Assembly: GCA_011109175.1 (NCBI GenBank)
Contig: RDEW01000009.1
Span: 348,573-412,572, forward strand
DNA length: 64,000 bases
DNA from: Dicyema japonicum
Taxonomy: Eukaryota; Animalia; Dicyemida
Direction: 5' to 3'
Positions 63,926-64,000 of the stretch are shown here, piece after piece (position 1 is the first letter of the stretch; each line of letters begins with the position of its first letter). Below the pieces are notes generated by a model that saw only the letters and a list, made by a program, of their open reading frames with translations, was not told the DNA's origin and did not search any database. The position numbers and the translations under genes were made by a program.

Positions 63926-64000
63926 GTAACTAAGGAGATAGGGGACTTGCTTGGTTATGTAGTTCGCCGTTCCTGTGGAGCCAACGTGGAATTAGTCAAC

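Overview
AT-rich animal genomic DNA, not prokaryotic. Host genes carry spliceosomal introns of only about 20-34 nt. That pattern suggests a miniaturised metazoan parasite such as a dicyemid or myxozoan (inference, not determinable here). Genes reconstructed by hand: a ~13 kb TRRAP/Tra1 gene with about 80 tiny introns (31279-44291 +), two HSBP1 paralogs, a basigin/neuroplastin-like Ig membrane protein, SDF2-like, MIC19/CHCHD3-like, tRNA-Val(AAC), a SUCLG2-like pseudogene and a few unassigned spliced fragments. The rest is largely decayed transposons: a nested hAT/pogo cluster with intact TIRs, a hAT MITE with TSD, and CRE-, RTE-, R4-like and Ingi/Vingi/Jockey-like LINE relics. The strongest lead is splicing. 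Two 23-nt TRRAP introns appear to need a GT...TG boundary (both end CATTG), and many introns skip good internal AGs, consistent with length-defined 3' splice-site choice. Other leads are a retroelement RNA module with covarying stems and several DNA-level duplications.
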